From IMG/VR virus record IMGVR_UViG_3300029787_000004: 64,000 bases of DNA. One strand, written 5' to 3'. The stretch comes from an uncultured virus (IMG/VR IMGVR_UViG_3300029787_000004). Lineage: Duplodnaviria; Heunggongvirae; Uroviricota; Caudoviricetes. Position numbers and translations under genes: made by a program. Positions 1 to 8,037 of the stretch are shown here, one piece after another. Position 1 is the first letter of the stretch; each line of letters starts with the position of its first letter. The notes below the pieces were generated by a model. It had not been told where the DNA came from. It did not search any database and was given only the letters and a program-made list of their open reading frames with translations.

Positions 1-707
1 GAGCCTTTGCTCTCATTGGTTTCATGCTTCGACAGTTTGAAATCAGTCGTCTCGTAGGAATTAGACCGTACAATGCTATTGCGTTCTCTGGGCCTATCGC
101 TGTTTTTGTCAGTGTGTTTCTCATCTATCCACTCGGACAGTCCAGTTGGTTCTTTGCACCGTCGTTTGGCGTTGCAGCGATTTTTAGGTTCCTACTCTTC
201 TTACAGGGTTTCCATAACTGGACGCTCAACCCTTTCCATATGATGGGAGTCGCCGGTATCCTTGGTGGTGCATTGTTATGTGCAATCCACGGAGCAACAG
301 TAGAGAACACACTCTATGAAGATGGCGAACAGGCAAATACTTTCAAAGGTTTCGAACCTACGCAAGAGGAGGAGACTTACTCGATGGTTACTGCGAACCG
401 TTTCTGGTCACAGATCTTCGGTATTGCTTTTAGTAATAAGCGTTGGTTGCATTTCTTTATGCTCTTCGTGCCCGTCATGGGTCTCTGGACTAGTTCTATC
501 GGTATTATTGGACTCGCTCTTAATCTACGTGCTTACGACTTTGTATCTCAGGAGATTCGTGCAGCAGAAGATCCAGAGTTTGAGACTTTCTATACCAAGA
601 ACATTCTTCTGAATGAAGGTCTGCGTGCATGGTTGGCACCAGTTGATCAACCACATGAGCAATTCATCTTCCCAGAAGAAGTATTGCCAAGAGGCAACGC
701 ATTGTGA
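1..707 (+). CDS. psbD: Photosystem II D2 protein, 5'-truncated by the window edge
   Basis: Frame open from position 3 ([13 protein letters not shown]); D2 motifs [26 protein letters not shown] and C-terminal [11 protein letters not shown]. Confidence 0.99.
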   Translation, partial: AFALIGFMLRQFEISRLVGIRPYNAIAFSGPIAVFVSVFLIYPLGQSSWFFAPSFGVAAIFRFLLFLQGFHNWTLNPFHMMGVAGILGGALLCAIHGATVENTLYEDGEQANTFKGFEPTQEEETYSMVTANRFWSQIFGIAFSNKRWLHFFMLFVPVMGLWTSSIGIIGLALNLRAYDFVSQEIRAAEDPEFETFYTKNILLNEGLRAWLAPVDQPHEQFIFPEEVLPRGNAL

Positions 708-958
708 TCAAATCACTTTTTAGTTTCATGTTCGCTGCTCTGATGTGGGTTCAAGTCCCACAATGGAGCGACGACTGGTCTAAATGTTCAGTTGATGTAC
801 CAGACACTGCATGTCATTGGTACATCACTGCCCCTGACAGCACAATGGGTGAGGGGTTTAGTTGGGCTAATGCCCCTTGGTTCAGTGTTGAAGGTCTCCG
901 TGATATTGGAGAACTTCACGACACTATGACATCACTTCAAACTGCGAGCGAAGCATGA
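704..958 (+). CDS. Hypothetical protein with hydrophobic N-terminus
   Basis: GTGA overlap with the psbD stop; 84 aa. Confidence 0.75.
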   Translation: MIKSLFSFMFAALMWVQVPQWSDDWSKCSVDVPDTACHWYITAPDSTMGEGFSWANAPWFSVEGLRDIGELHDTMTSLQTASEA

Positions 959-1170
959 ATCATTATCTAGTTTTTGTATATGGTGTATGCTTTGCCCTCA
1001 TTGGAGGTGCTGCATTCGCAATGATGTGGTCTAATATCATGTCTATTGACATGAAACCTAAACCAATTGGTAAAAAACATCCTGAGGCACCCGAAGAGGG
1101 GGAGGAGGTCATGTATGTTAATCTCAGTAGAGAACGACTTGAAGACCTTTACAAACAGGATAAAAATTGA
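955..1170 (+). CDS. Small membrane protein (DUF2973-like)
   Basis: N-terminal TM helix then HPEAP; ATGA overlap. Confidence 0.65.
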   Translation: MNHYLVFVYGVCFALIGGAAFAMMWSNIMSIDMKPKPIGKKHPEAPEEGEEVMYVNLSRERLEDLYKQDKN

Positions 1171-1176
1171 TATACT

Positions 1177-1201
1177 AAGAGGGTTACCACCCTCTTTTTT
1201 T
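1177..1201 (+). terminator. Rho-independent terminator
   Basis: AAGAGGGT-TACC-ACCCTCTT followed by a T run. Confidence 0.8.
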
Positions 1202-1465
1202 ATGATTGAGTTTCAGAGTGAAGTCCAAAACATAATTGAAACCCTTGGATGGGAAGATGATGATGATGTTGTCGTTGAAATTGGCGGCACCGTTGTAAGT
1301 GGTATTCATCAGGGTGAGAACTACAATAAAAAATGGTCAACCCCCTATGGTGTGCGTAAGTACAACAAAGATGCATTTATCATCATCAGTAACAACTCTC
1401 GTAGGGATTTGAGTAAGTCTCAACCTATGGACCGGGAACACAAACCACATCACAATACTAAATAA
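1202..1465 (+). CDS. Hypothetical cyanophage protein
   Basis: ATG directly after the terminator; the upstream extension in the ORF track overlaps another gene. Confidence 0.7.
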   Translation: MIEFQSEVQNIIETLGWEDDDDVVVEIGGTVVSGIHQGENYNKKWSTPYGVRKYNKDAFIIISNNSRRDLSKSQPMDREHKPHHNTK

Positions 1466-1485
1466 ATTTCAAGTCAACGGAGACT

Positions 1486-1731
1486 ATGACCTTTACGATT
1501 TATTCGAAGGACAATTGCCAATACTGTACAAAGATTGAACAGTTAATGCAATTTACAGAGGTTAAATATGTTGTCTATAAATTAGACAGAGATTTTACCA
1601 AAGAAGCATTTCATGATGAGTATGGTGAGAAAGCCACCTTTCCCCAAGTAACCTATGGTTCCCAAACTATTGGTGGGTGTGCCGATACCATTAAGTTTTT
1701 GAGAGAACAAAAACAATTGCCAGAGGAATGA
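1486..1731 (+). CDS. nrdC: Glutaredoxin
   Basis: CQYC active site, TFPQV and IGGC motifs; GGAG SD. Confidence 0.92.
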   Translation: MTFTIYSKDNCQYCTKIEQLMQFTEVKYVVYKLDRDFTKEAFHDEYGEKATFPQVTYGSQTIGGCADTIKFLREQKQLPEE

Positions 1732-2069
1732 ACGAACTTTGCTACCTTGTAGAAACCGCCATTGATTATGCATTTAAAGATAAGTTCGTACTGAACATGT
1801 ATCTGTATGCAAAATCTGCTCAGTTAACTAAGAAAGATATGACTCAGTTCATCAATAGTTCTACTGCTGTTGAATTGAACGATCTATGTCTCGAACTTGA
1901 CGAGTACATTAAGGGTGGTTCAGACAATGAGCACAAACAAATTCGTGAGGGGTATGGACACATTCCCAAACCACGTGCTCGTAAGATTAGAAACTATCTT
2001 TATGGAATTTTAGAGGATGCTTTGCGCTATGAAAGAGACAAACGACCTGGCCGTAAGAGAGGATCCTAA
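1728..2069 (+). CDS. Hypothetical cyanophage protein
   Basis: 113 aa, ATGA overlap. Confidence 0.8.
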   Translation: MNELCYLVETAIDYAFKDKFVLNMYLYAKSAQLTKKDMTQFINSSTAVELNDLCLELDEYIKGGSDNEHKQIREGYGHIPKPRARKIRNYLYGILEDALRYERDKRPGRKRGS

Positions 2070-2097
2070 TTTACAAATAAATAAGGGCGTGGAGTTG

Positions 2098-2229
2098 ATG
2101 CTCCGAAACAAAAATAAGAAGGAGGGATCAAAGACTTTCCAGATTAAATTTGGGAAAATGATATCTCTATTCCGTAGAGAACTTCATTTATGCCTAGATT
2201 TTTCACTAGATGTAAAAAAGAAGGAGTAG
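2098..2229 (+). CDS. Small hypothetical protein
   Basis: GGAG SD before ATG 2098. Confidence 0.6.
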   Translation: MLRNKNKKEGSKTFQIKFGKMISLFRRELHLCLDFSLDVKKKE

Positions 2230-2233
2230 ACAC

Positions 2234-2467
2234 ATGGTTGCCACGATCTTGACAATTAGTTCATTAGTCTCTATAATGTTCTTCTTCGTCGGAGGTATGG
2301 TTGGATGGCTAGCAAAAGAGCATGTCATCAAAACAACTCCCTATCATCCAGACACTGTTAATTTACATCCTGAATTCTTTGACGAAAACGGCAATGTACT
2401 TCCAGACCAAGTGCTTGCAGTGAGATTTGAAAATGCCGAAGACTACTATGACAACGAAGACAACTAA
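2234..2467 (+). CDS. DUF2973-like membrane protein
   Basis: TM helix plus HPEFFDENG...LAVRF; AAGGAG SD. Confidence 0.75.
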   Translation: MVATILTISSLVSIMFFFVGGMVGWLAKEHVIKTTPYHPDTVNLHPEFFDENGNVLPDQVLAVRFENAEDYYDNEDN

Positions 2468-2942
2468 GAAGAGTTCAGTTCCTTCTCCCAAGTTAACTGA
2501 TCTCCCACCTAATCCATTCCAAAGTGAAATTCTTGAACTTGTTTCTAAGGCAAGAACTCGCGCAAAAAAGATTGAACTTCTGAAACTGCATCGCAATGAA
2601 GCTCTTGTGTCTTTGCTGATCTGGAACTTTGATGATACTGTCGTCTCTATGCTTCCAGAAGGCACCGTTCCATACAAACCTAACGAGGCACCTAAGGGAA
2701 CAGAGCACACCTCTCTGAGAAGCGAGCAGAGGACGTTCTATAACTTTGTGAAGGGGGGAAACGATAAACTTTCTAAGACCAGACGCGAACTGATCTTTAT
2801 TCAGATGCTGGAAGGTCTTCATCCCGAAGAAGCTGACCTGCTAATCCTTGTTAAAGATAAGGCTCTGATCAACCGTTACAATGTTAATCGTGGACATGTT
2901 GAAGAGGCATATTCTGATATTCAATGGGGTGGACGTTCATGA
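2448..2942 (+). CDS. Conserved T4-like phage hypothetical protein
   Basis: LPEGxVPY and RELIFIQMLEGLHPEEA motifs. Confidence 0.8.
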   Translation: MTTKTTKKSSVPSPKLTDLPPNPFQSEILELVSKARTRAKKIELLKLHRNEALVSLLIWNFDDTVVSMLPEGTVPYKPNEAPKGTEHTSLRSEQRTFYNFVKGGNDKLSKTRRELIFIQMLEGLHPEEADLLILVKDKALINRYNVNRGHVEEAYSDIQWGGRS

Positions 2943-3211
2943 TGGGAATGATTAAACTCATCCATCAAGACTGTGATCCAACATTAGCAGATGATAAGGG
3001 TCTCCCTACAAATTCTTACTTAGTAAAGTATAATGTGGAGGGAACCCTCACTCATGATATTGTGATGGCAAACAAAGCAGTCGATATCTTTGATGAGTAT
3101 TACGATAAGTATAAGAAAGATTTTGTAAGGTTTGATCAGACAGAAGGAAGACTCAGACCTAATTTGTATGGAAACAAACCAAAAACTGACGATAGAAAGA
3201 AGAGACGATGA
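2939..3211 (+). CDS. Hypothetical protein
   Basis: ATGA overlaps on both ends. Confidence 0.75.
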   Translation: MMGMIKLIHQDCDPTLADDKGLPTNSYLVKYNVEGTLTHDIVMANKAVDIFDEYYDKYKKDFVRFDQTEGRLRPNLYGNKPKTDDRKKRR

Positions 3212-3489
3212 ATGATGAGGAACTAAGAGCACAGATTGAAGTGCTAATTCGTGACGAAATTCAAGAGGTCATCAACTCTTATGTCGAAGAACAAAATAAA
3301 AGTTCTGGCGACAGTGGGATTGGTTTTATCACTCCTGAGGAGCAGAAGGAGATGACAGTGAAGATTAAGAATGCAGAGATTGATAAACTCATGAAAGAGT
3401 ATAAACAGATTAAGAAGGAAGAGAAATCAAATATCTCTGAGATCAAGAAACTGGGTCTTGTAGACAAATTTGGCAATCCACTTGACTAA
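3208..3489 (+). CDS. Hypothetical protein
   Basis: 93 aa, in operon context. Confidence 0.75.
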   Translation: MNDEELRAQIEVLIRDEIQEVINSYVEEQNKSSGDSGIGFITPEEQKEMTVKIKNAEIDKLMKEYKQIKKEEKSNISEIKKLGLVDKFGNPLD

Positions 3490-3510
3490 ATAAGAAATGA
3501 GGTCTATAAT
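3482..3510 (+). promoter_or_regulatory. Sigma70-type promoter overlapping a late-promoter-like CTAAATA
   Basis: TTGACT(3482)-N17-TATAAT(3505); predicted TSS ~3517 coincides with the riboswitch 5' end. Confidence 0.85.
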
Positions 3511-3516
3511 AGACCT

Positions 3517-3750
3517 GTCGTTCATCCCGCTACGGGCGGGACGCAAGTAAGTCGCGGAACGGAGTCGTTCATCCCATGATTGAATTTCTTTTATATTCAC
3601 AGCTCAGTTGTTCTGATGCCGATGCAATTATGTTTCGGATGAAGAATAAGAAAAATCTTAACGATCAAGTTAAGATTGAACTAATAGAAGCCGTAAAGGA
3701 ATCTACACCTGAGTGCTATCCATGGGACGCACACGATTGAAGGAACGGGA
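3517..3750 (+). ncRNA. Glutamine riboswitch-like RNA (glnA/Downstream-peptide family), double aptamer
   Basis: Two copies of CGTTCATCCC...GGGACGCA...GGAACGG; AGTA/GAA E-loop halves; lies upstream of a YRG-motif peptide gene. Confidence 0.8.
3576..3740 (+). CDS. 54-aa ORF inside the riboswitch P2 stem (MIEFLLYSQLSCSDADAIMFRMKNKKNLNDQVKIELIEAVKESTPECYPWDAHD)
   Basis: Manually translated open frame; start and end lie in conserved aptamer segments. Confidence 0.6.
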   Translation: MIEFLLYSQLSCSDADAIMFRMKNKKNLNDQVKIELIEAVKESTPECYPWDAHD

Positions 3751-3809
3751 AAACGGATCCATCGAAAGATGAGAAGGTTCAATTTCACCCAACTTTCAGG
3801 AGTAAACTC

Positions 3810-3956
3810 ATGACTACAACAATCACTTATAGAGGGCAGAAGTACGACAAAGATGCGTACAAAGCCAGTGTGTTGGCACAAGCAACACAACAACGCAACC
3901 ACAATCTAATGTATCGTGGTATTAAGGTCGAACGTAAGTTCGCATCGAAGAGCTGA
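3810..3956 (+). CDS. DUF4278-like peptide (48 aa)
   Basis: ITYRGQKY...LMYRGIKV double YRG motif; CAGGAG SD. Confidence 0.8.
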   Translation: MTTTITYRGQKYDKDAYKASVLAQATQQRNHNLMYRGIKVERKFASKS

Positions 3957-3961
3957 TTGTT

Positions 3962-3990
3962 AAGGGAGGTTTCATAACCTCCCTTTTTTT
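3962..3990 (+). terminator. Rho-independent terminator
   Basis: AAGGGAGGTT-TCAT-AACCTCCCTT plus T run. Confidence 0.9.
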
Positions 3991-4101
3991 GTAAATTATT
4001 TCGAGAACTTCATTAAGTTAGCATACGCTGACTAAATACTGATAGAATTGGAGAGCGAATGAACTAAAAGTCTTCGTAATCGTTCTATCAGGAGAATTAT
4101 T

Positions 4102-4284
4102 ATGCATAATCTATTATCGTACAACCAATTAGCAGGATGGAAACAATCTATTGACAAATTAGCAAAAACATTAGATAAGACCATGGAAGAATCGGATCTT
4201 ATCAACGACTATTATGACTGCTTGATTGAATGTGACGAAAACCAAGCTACATGTAAACGTATTTGTAGGAGCGTTCTAGCTTAG
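4102..4284 (+). CDS. Small Cys-rich protein of cyanobacterial type
   Basis: DYYDCLIEC...CKRIC; AGGAG SD; CTAAATA at 4032. Confidence 0.8.
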   Translation: MHNLLSYNQLAGWKQSIDKLAKTLDKTMEESDLINDYYDCLIECDENQATCKRICRSVLA

Positions 4285-4309
4285 TCAATAAACAATTGGA
4301 CCGAAAGGT

Positions 4310-4336
4310 GAGGAGGGTTGACTACCCTCCTTTTTT
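4310..4336 (+). terminator. Rho-independent terminator
   Basis: GAGGAGGGT-TGACT-ACCCTCCTT plus T run. Confidence 0.85.
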
Positions 4337-4347
4337 AATGCTATAAT
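4318..4347 (+). promoter_or_regulatory. Sigma70-type promoter
   Basis: TTGACT-N18-TATAAT with TG extended -10. Confidence 0.75.
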
Positions 4348-4368
4348 ATAGTCTACGATCTAATTTTT

Positions 4369-4533
4369 ATGGATAAAGAAACACTCAAACTGATCGTCAA
4401 AAATTTAAAATCTCTGATCAATGTTCTAGAATCAGAGGTCTATTCTGACGTTGAAGCATATAAATATCAAGAAAGGTCTCCTGAGATTAATGATTATGAT
4501 GAGGTGTTCTATGAGGGAGACGACAATGTGTAG
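4369..4533 (+). CDS. Small hypothetical protein (MDKETLKLIVKNLKSL...)
   Basis: Manually translated 54-aa ORF after the promoter. Confidence 0.7.
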   Translation: MDKETLKLIVKNLKSLINVLESEVYSDVEAYKYQERSPEINDYDEVFYEGDDNV

Positions 4534-4538
4534 TGTTA

Positions 4539-4685
4539 ATGAACGACAAGAAGGCAATCAAAAAAATTATTAAACGTGCTAAGAAACATCCTGAATGGTA
4601 TACACAGGAAGAAGTATTGTATGCTAAACTGATAAAAAAGACACTGAAAAAGAATGAATGCAAAACTGATCACAGCAACTCCTGA
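4539..4685 (+). CDS. Small basic hypothetical protein (MNDKKAIKKIIKRAKKHPEWY...)
   Basis: Manually translated 48-aa ORF. Confidence 0.6.
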   Translation: MNDKKAIKKIIKRAKKHPEWYTQEEVLYAKLIKKTLKKNECKTDHSNS

Positions 4686-5289
4686 TGCCGAAAAAACTAT
4701 GGCATACGTGGCACGTGTGTCGAATCCAAATAATCAGGAGAATGAAAATTATTCTGGTCTTTTAAAATATTGTATCAAGCATCAACACTGGTCTGTGTTC
4801 GAGCAAGCATACATGACATTGGAACTGAGCACGACCAGAGGACTGGCAGCCCAAGTGCTCCGGCACCGTTCATTTACATATCAGGAATTTTCACAACGCT
4901 ATGCTGATAGTTCCCTACTCGCGGAGGAGATCCCTCTACCTGAACTACGCCGCCAAGACACCAAGAATCGTCAGAATTCTATTGATGATATTGACCCGTT
5001 CACACGACAACAGTTCCAAATCAAAATACAAAAACATTTTGAAGAGGGAATGAATCTCTACAAAGAGATGCTTGATGCATCGATTGCAAAAGAGTGCGCT
5101 CGTTTTGTGCTTCCTTTGGCAGTCCCCACCAAAATCTATATGACAGGCTCATGTAGATCATGGATTCATTATATCTCTTTGCGAACTGCTAACGGTACAC
5201 AGCAGGAGCACATGGACCTTGCTAATGATTGTAAGAAAATCTTCATTGAGCAGTATCCTACTGTTGCAGAAGCATTAGAATGGAAGTAA
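4654..5289 (+). CDS. thyX: Flavin-dependent thymidylate synthase
   Basis: RHRSFTYQEFSQRY signature; HWSVFE. Confidence 0.97.
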   Translation: MNAKLITATPDAEKTMAYVARVSNPNNQENENYSGLLKYCIKHQHWSVFEQAYMTLELSTTRGLAAQVLRHRSFTYQEFSQRYADSSLLAEEIPLPELRRQDTKNRQNSIDDIDPFTRQQFQIKIQKHFEEGMNLYKEMLDASIAKECARFVLPLAVPTKIYMTGSCRSWIHYISLRTANGTQQEHMDLANDCKKIFIEQYPTVAEALEWK

Positions 5290-5783
5290 TTGATAATTTT
5301 TTACCAGGGGATATTCACGAAGAATTGGTAGAAAATATATGTTTTAACGCGAGTATGCCATTATACTTTCAACAATGGGTATCTCATCCACCAGAATTAG
5401 AAGAGAATAATGAACTGTGGAATTGGTATGCCACTCATGAGTTTTACAATCATGATAAACCAATGAGTGATCACTGTTCAAAGATTGTTGTTATCTTTGG
5501 TGACAGGATTCCAAATCTTAAATCTCTGATGAGGATTAAATTAAATTTCTATCCACATACAGAGACTTTGAGAGAACATGGACAGCATGTTGATTATGAC
5601 TTTGAATCACATGCTGCCATCTATTCACTGAATACTTGTAACGGTTTTACCAGATTGCAAGATGGAACAAAGGTAGATAGTATAGCAAATAGATTACTAA
5701 TCTTTGATGGTAGTGAACTACATAATTCATCTACTACAACAGATCAAAAGGGTAGGTATAATATTAATTTCAACTACCTTTAA
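5280..5783 (+). CDS. 2OG-Fe(II) oxygenase family protein
   Basis: HVD...LH...R triad with NRLLIFDG. Confidence 0.8.
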   Translation: MEVIDNFLPGDIHEELVENICFNASMPLYFQQWVSHPPELEENNELWNWYATHEFYNHDKPMSDHCSKIVVIFGDRIPNLKSLMRIKLNFYPHTETLREHGQHVDYDFESHAAIYSLNTCNGFTRLQDGTKVDSIANRLLIFDGSELHNSSTTTDQKGRYNINFNYL

Positions 5784-5809
5784 TAAATATTCACACATTA
5801 TGTAAATTT

Positions 5810-6058
5810 ATGGCAACGTATCCTGTAAAAAACAAAGAAACTGGCGAGACAAAAGATGTTGTAATGAGCGTACATGCATGGGATGATTGGATCAAAGAGA
5901 ATCCTGACTGGGAAAGATACTACACACCAGATAATGCTCCTGGGTTTGGTGAGGTAGGAGAGTGGAAAGATAAACTTAGGGTTACTAAACCTGGTTGGAA
6001 TGAAGTCTTAGAAAAAGTACAGAAAGCACCATCTGCCCGTCAAAAATTCAAACTTTAA
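5810..6058 (+). CDS. Conserved cyanophage hypothetical protein
   Basis: ATAAATA at 5783; precedes phoH. Confidence 0.8.
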   Translation: MATYPVKNKETGETKDVVMSVHAWDDWIKENPDWERYYTPDNAPGFGEVGEWKDKLRVTKPGWNEVLEKVQKAPSARQKFKL

Positions 6059-6067
6059 GTTTTAACT

Positions 6068-6823
6068 ATGCCTAGAAGAAAGAAAACGGATGATCCGATT
6101 GGAGTAGGTCTAACGGCAAAGCAAATGCGTCGTAAGAAACCACTTAACACGGATCTCCTGGTTGATATTGAACCACTCACAGATAATCAAGAAAAGTTTT
6201 TTGCTGACTATAAGTCGGGTAAGCATCTGTTTGCATATGGATGTGCGGGTACAGGAAAGACATTCATTGCCCTCTATAATGCCCTGAGAGAGGTTCTTTC
6301 TGGTGAATCACAGTACGAGAAGATCTACATCGTTAGATCGCTTGTAGCTACCAGAGAGATTGGTTTCCTGCCCGGTGATCATGAAGACAAGTCATCTCTT
6401 TATCAGATTCCTTACAAGAATATGGTAAAATATATGTTCGAGTTGCCATCGGAATCTGATTTTGAGATGCTGTATGGTAATTTGAAAACCCAAGGCACCA
6501 TTAGTTTTTGGTCCACGTCATTCATTCGTGGTACTACCTTTGATAATGCTATTGTGATTGTTGATGAGTGCCAGAACCTCAACTTCCACGAACTTGATTC
6601 TATTATTACTCGCGTTGGTGAGAATAGTAAGATTCTATTTTGTGGTGATGGGGTTCAATCTGATCTAACTAAGACACATGAGAGAAATGGAATCTCAGAT
6701 TTCACTCGCATCCTTACAAAAATGGAATCGTTCTCTCTGATTGAATTTGGTATCGAAGATATCGTTCGTTCTGGTCTGGTTAAAGAATACATCCTCGCTA
6801 AGAACGCAATTGGTTTAGTATGA
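6068..6823 (+). CDS. phoH: PhoH-family ATPase
   Basis: GCAGTGKT, IGFLPG, RGTTF, DECQN, GDxxQSD. Confidence 0.97.
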   Translation: MPRRKKTDDPIGVGLTAKQMRRKKPLNTDLLVDIEPLTDNQEKFFADYKSGKHLFAYGCAGTGKTFIALYNALREVLSGESQYEKIYIVRSLVATREIGFLPGDHEDKSSLYQIPYKNMVKYMFELPSESDFEMLYGNLKTQGTISFWSTSFIRGTTFDNAIVIVDECQNLNFHELDSIITRVGENSKILFCGDGVQSDLTKTHERNGISDFTRILTKMESFSLIEFGIEDIVRSGLVKEYILAKNAIGLV

Positions 6824-7503
6824 CCTTTATTCATAATAATTATCTCGGTGACATTGAACTTAACAAAAAAGAAACACCCGGTTGTAGACTATATCAAGTC
6901 CCAAATGGCGACTGGGTTCCTTCTATTACTTCTGTCACTTCTTTCTATAATCGCGAGATTTTTGTCAAGTGGCGCAAGCGAATTGGAGAAGAGGAAGCTA
7001 ACAAAATTACGAGAAAGGCAACTGCCCGTGGAACTGATTACCATGAGGTTGCACAAGCATACTTAGAGAACAAGGAATTGAATTGGGATGATTACCGTCC
7101 CTTATCTAAGTTGATGTTTCATCATAGCAAACCATATCTGGATAAGATAAATAACATACACGCTATTGAACGCACTCTCTTTTCCGAGTACCTTGGATTA
7201 GCCGGAAGAGTTGATTGTATTGCCGAATACGAAGGCGAATTAGCTATCATAGACTTTAAGACATCAGAAAAAATTAAACCAGAGAAGTGGTTGGAAAACT
7301 ATTTCGTTCAGGAAACTGCATACGCTTGTATGTACTATGAGATGACTGGAATTCCAGTTACTAAACTCATTACTATCATGGTCACTCCTGGTGGAGAGGT
7401 CAAAGTATTTGACAAAAGGAACAAAGAAGAGTATATTGTACTTCTAGTTCGTTATATTAAAGAATTTGTCACCAACAATCTATCTCACGCCAATGCCAAA
7501 TGA
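6820..7503 (+). CDS. PD-(D/E)xK exonuclease
   Basis: PSITSV, RGTDYH, AGRVDC...IIDFKTS, QETAYA. Confidence 0.9.
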   Translation: MTFIHNNYLGDIELNKKETPGCRLYQVPNGDWVPSITSVTSFYNREIFVKWRKRIGEEEANKITRKATARGTDYHEVAQAYLENKELNWDDYRPLSKLMFHHSKPYLDKINNIHAIERTLFSEYLGLAGRVDCIAEYEGELAIIDFKTSEKIKPEKWLENYFVQETAYACMYYEMTGIPVTKLITIMVTPGGEVKVFDKRNKEEYIVLLVRYIKEFVTNNLSHANAK

Positions 7504-7750
7504 ACTAGACGAAGCATTTCAGAAAAAGTTTCTGGGTCCTGCTAAATTTGCACAGGAGATTGAGAAACTTGTGCAAGAAAATAAAGAACTGAATTACATT
7601 GATGCTATCGTCGTGTTCTGTGAACAAAATAGTATTGAACTTGAATCAGTACCTAAATTATTATCAAAGCCACTAAAAGAAAAGCTTAAATTTAATGCCA
7701 CCGAGTTGAATTTTCTTAAACGAAGTTCCCGAGCAAAACTACCTATCTAA
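7493..7750 (+). CDS. gp33: Late promoter transcription coactivator
   Basis: YIDAIV.FCE...LKEKL...A.ELNFL; synteny with gp59 and gp32. Confidence 0.9.
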   Translation: MPNELDEAFQKKFLGPAKFAQEIEKLVQENKELNYIDAIVVFCEQNSIELESVPKLLSKPLKEKLKFNATELNFLKRSSRAKLPI

Positions 7751-7751
7751 A

Positions 7752-7976
7752 ATGAACCAAGAGCAGGATCCCAATGAGTATTGGTTCGACTGGTCAATGG
7801 GTATAAATGAAATTCGTATGTTTCATAACCACTTATGCTATGCAGTCGAATCTTGGCCTGGTTCACCTGCTCGTCCTCCGGAAGAGCAAGAGTTTCTAAA
7901 ACATATGAAGCAAAAAACTTTTGCCATGCTGTTGGAGTATCAACTCGATCAACCCTCAGCAGAAAACGACTTTTAG
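7752..7976 (+). CDS. Hypothetical protein
   Basis: 74 aa, WPGSPARPPEEQ. Confidence 0.75.
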   Translation: MNQEQDPNEYWFDWSMGINEIRMFHNHLCYAVESWPGSPARPPEEQEFLKHMKQKTFAMLLEYQLDQPSAENDF

Positions 7977-8037
7977 TTTCAAAAAAAGGCGGAAAAAAAT
8001 CCCGGCAAAAATTTGCTCTATTAGGTTTTTTATTATG
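7957..8037. repeat. A-tract-rich element, copy 1
   Basis: Aligns by eye with 25841-25916. Confidence 0.75.

Noticed and set aside
3681..3902. Minus-strand 73-aa ORF
   Set aside because: Antisense to the riboswitch and to two better-supported plus-strand ORFs
1..6823. psbD, glutaredoxin, thyX and phoH as novel auxiliary genes
   Set aside because: Standard content of T4-like cyanophages
6820..7503. Exonuclease as Cas4 or a sign of CRISPR
   Set aside because: No Fe-S cysteine cluster evident, no other cas genes, and no repeat-spacer array seen in the window
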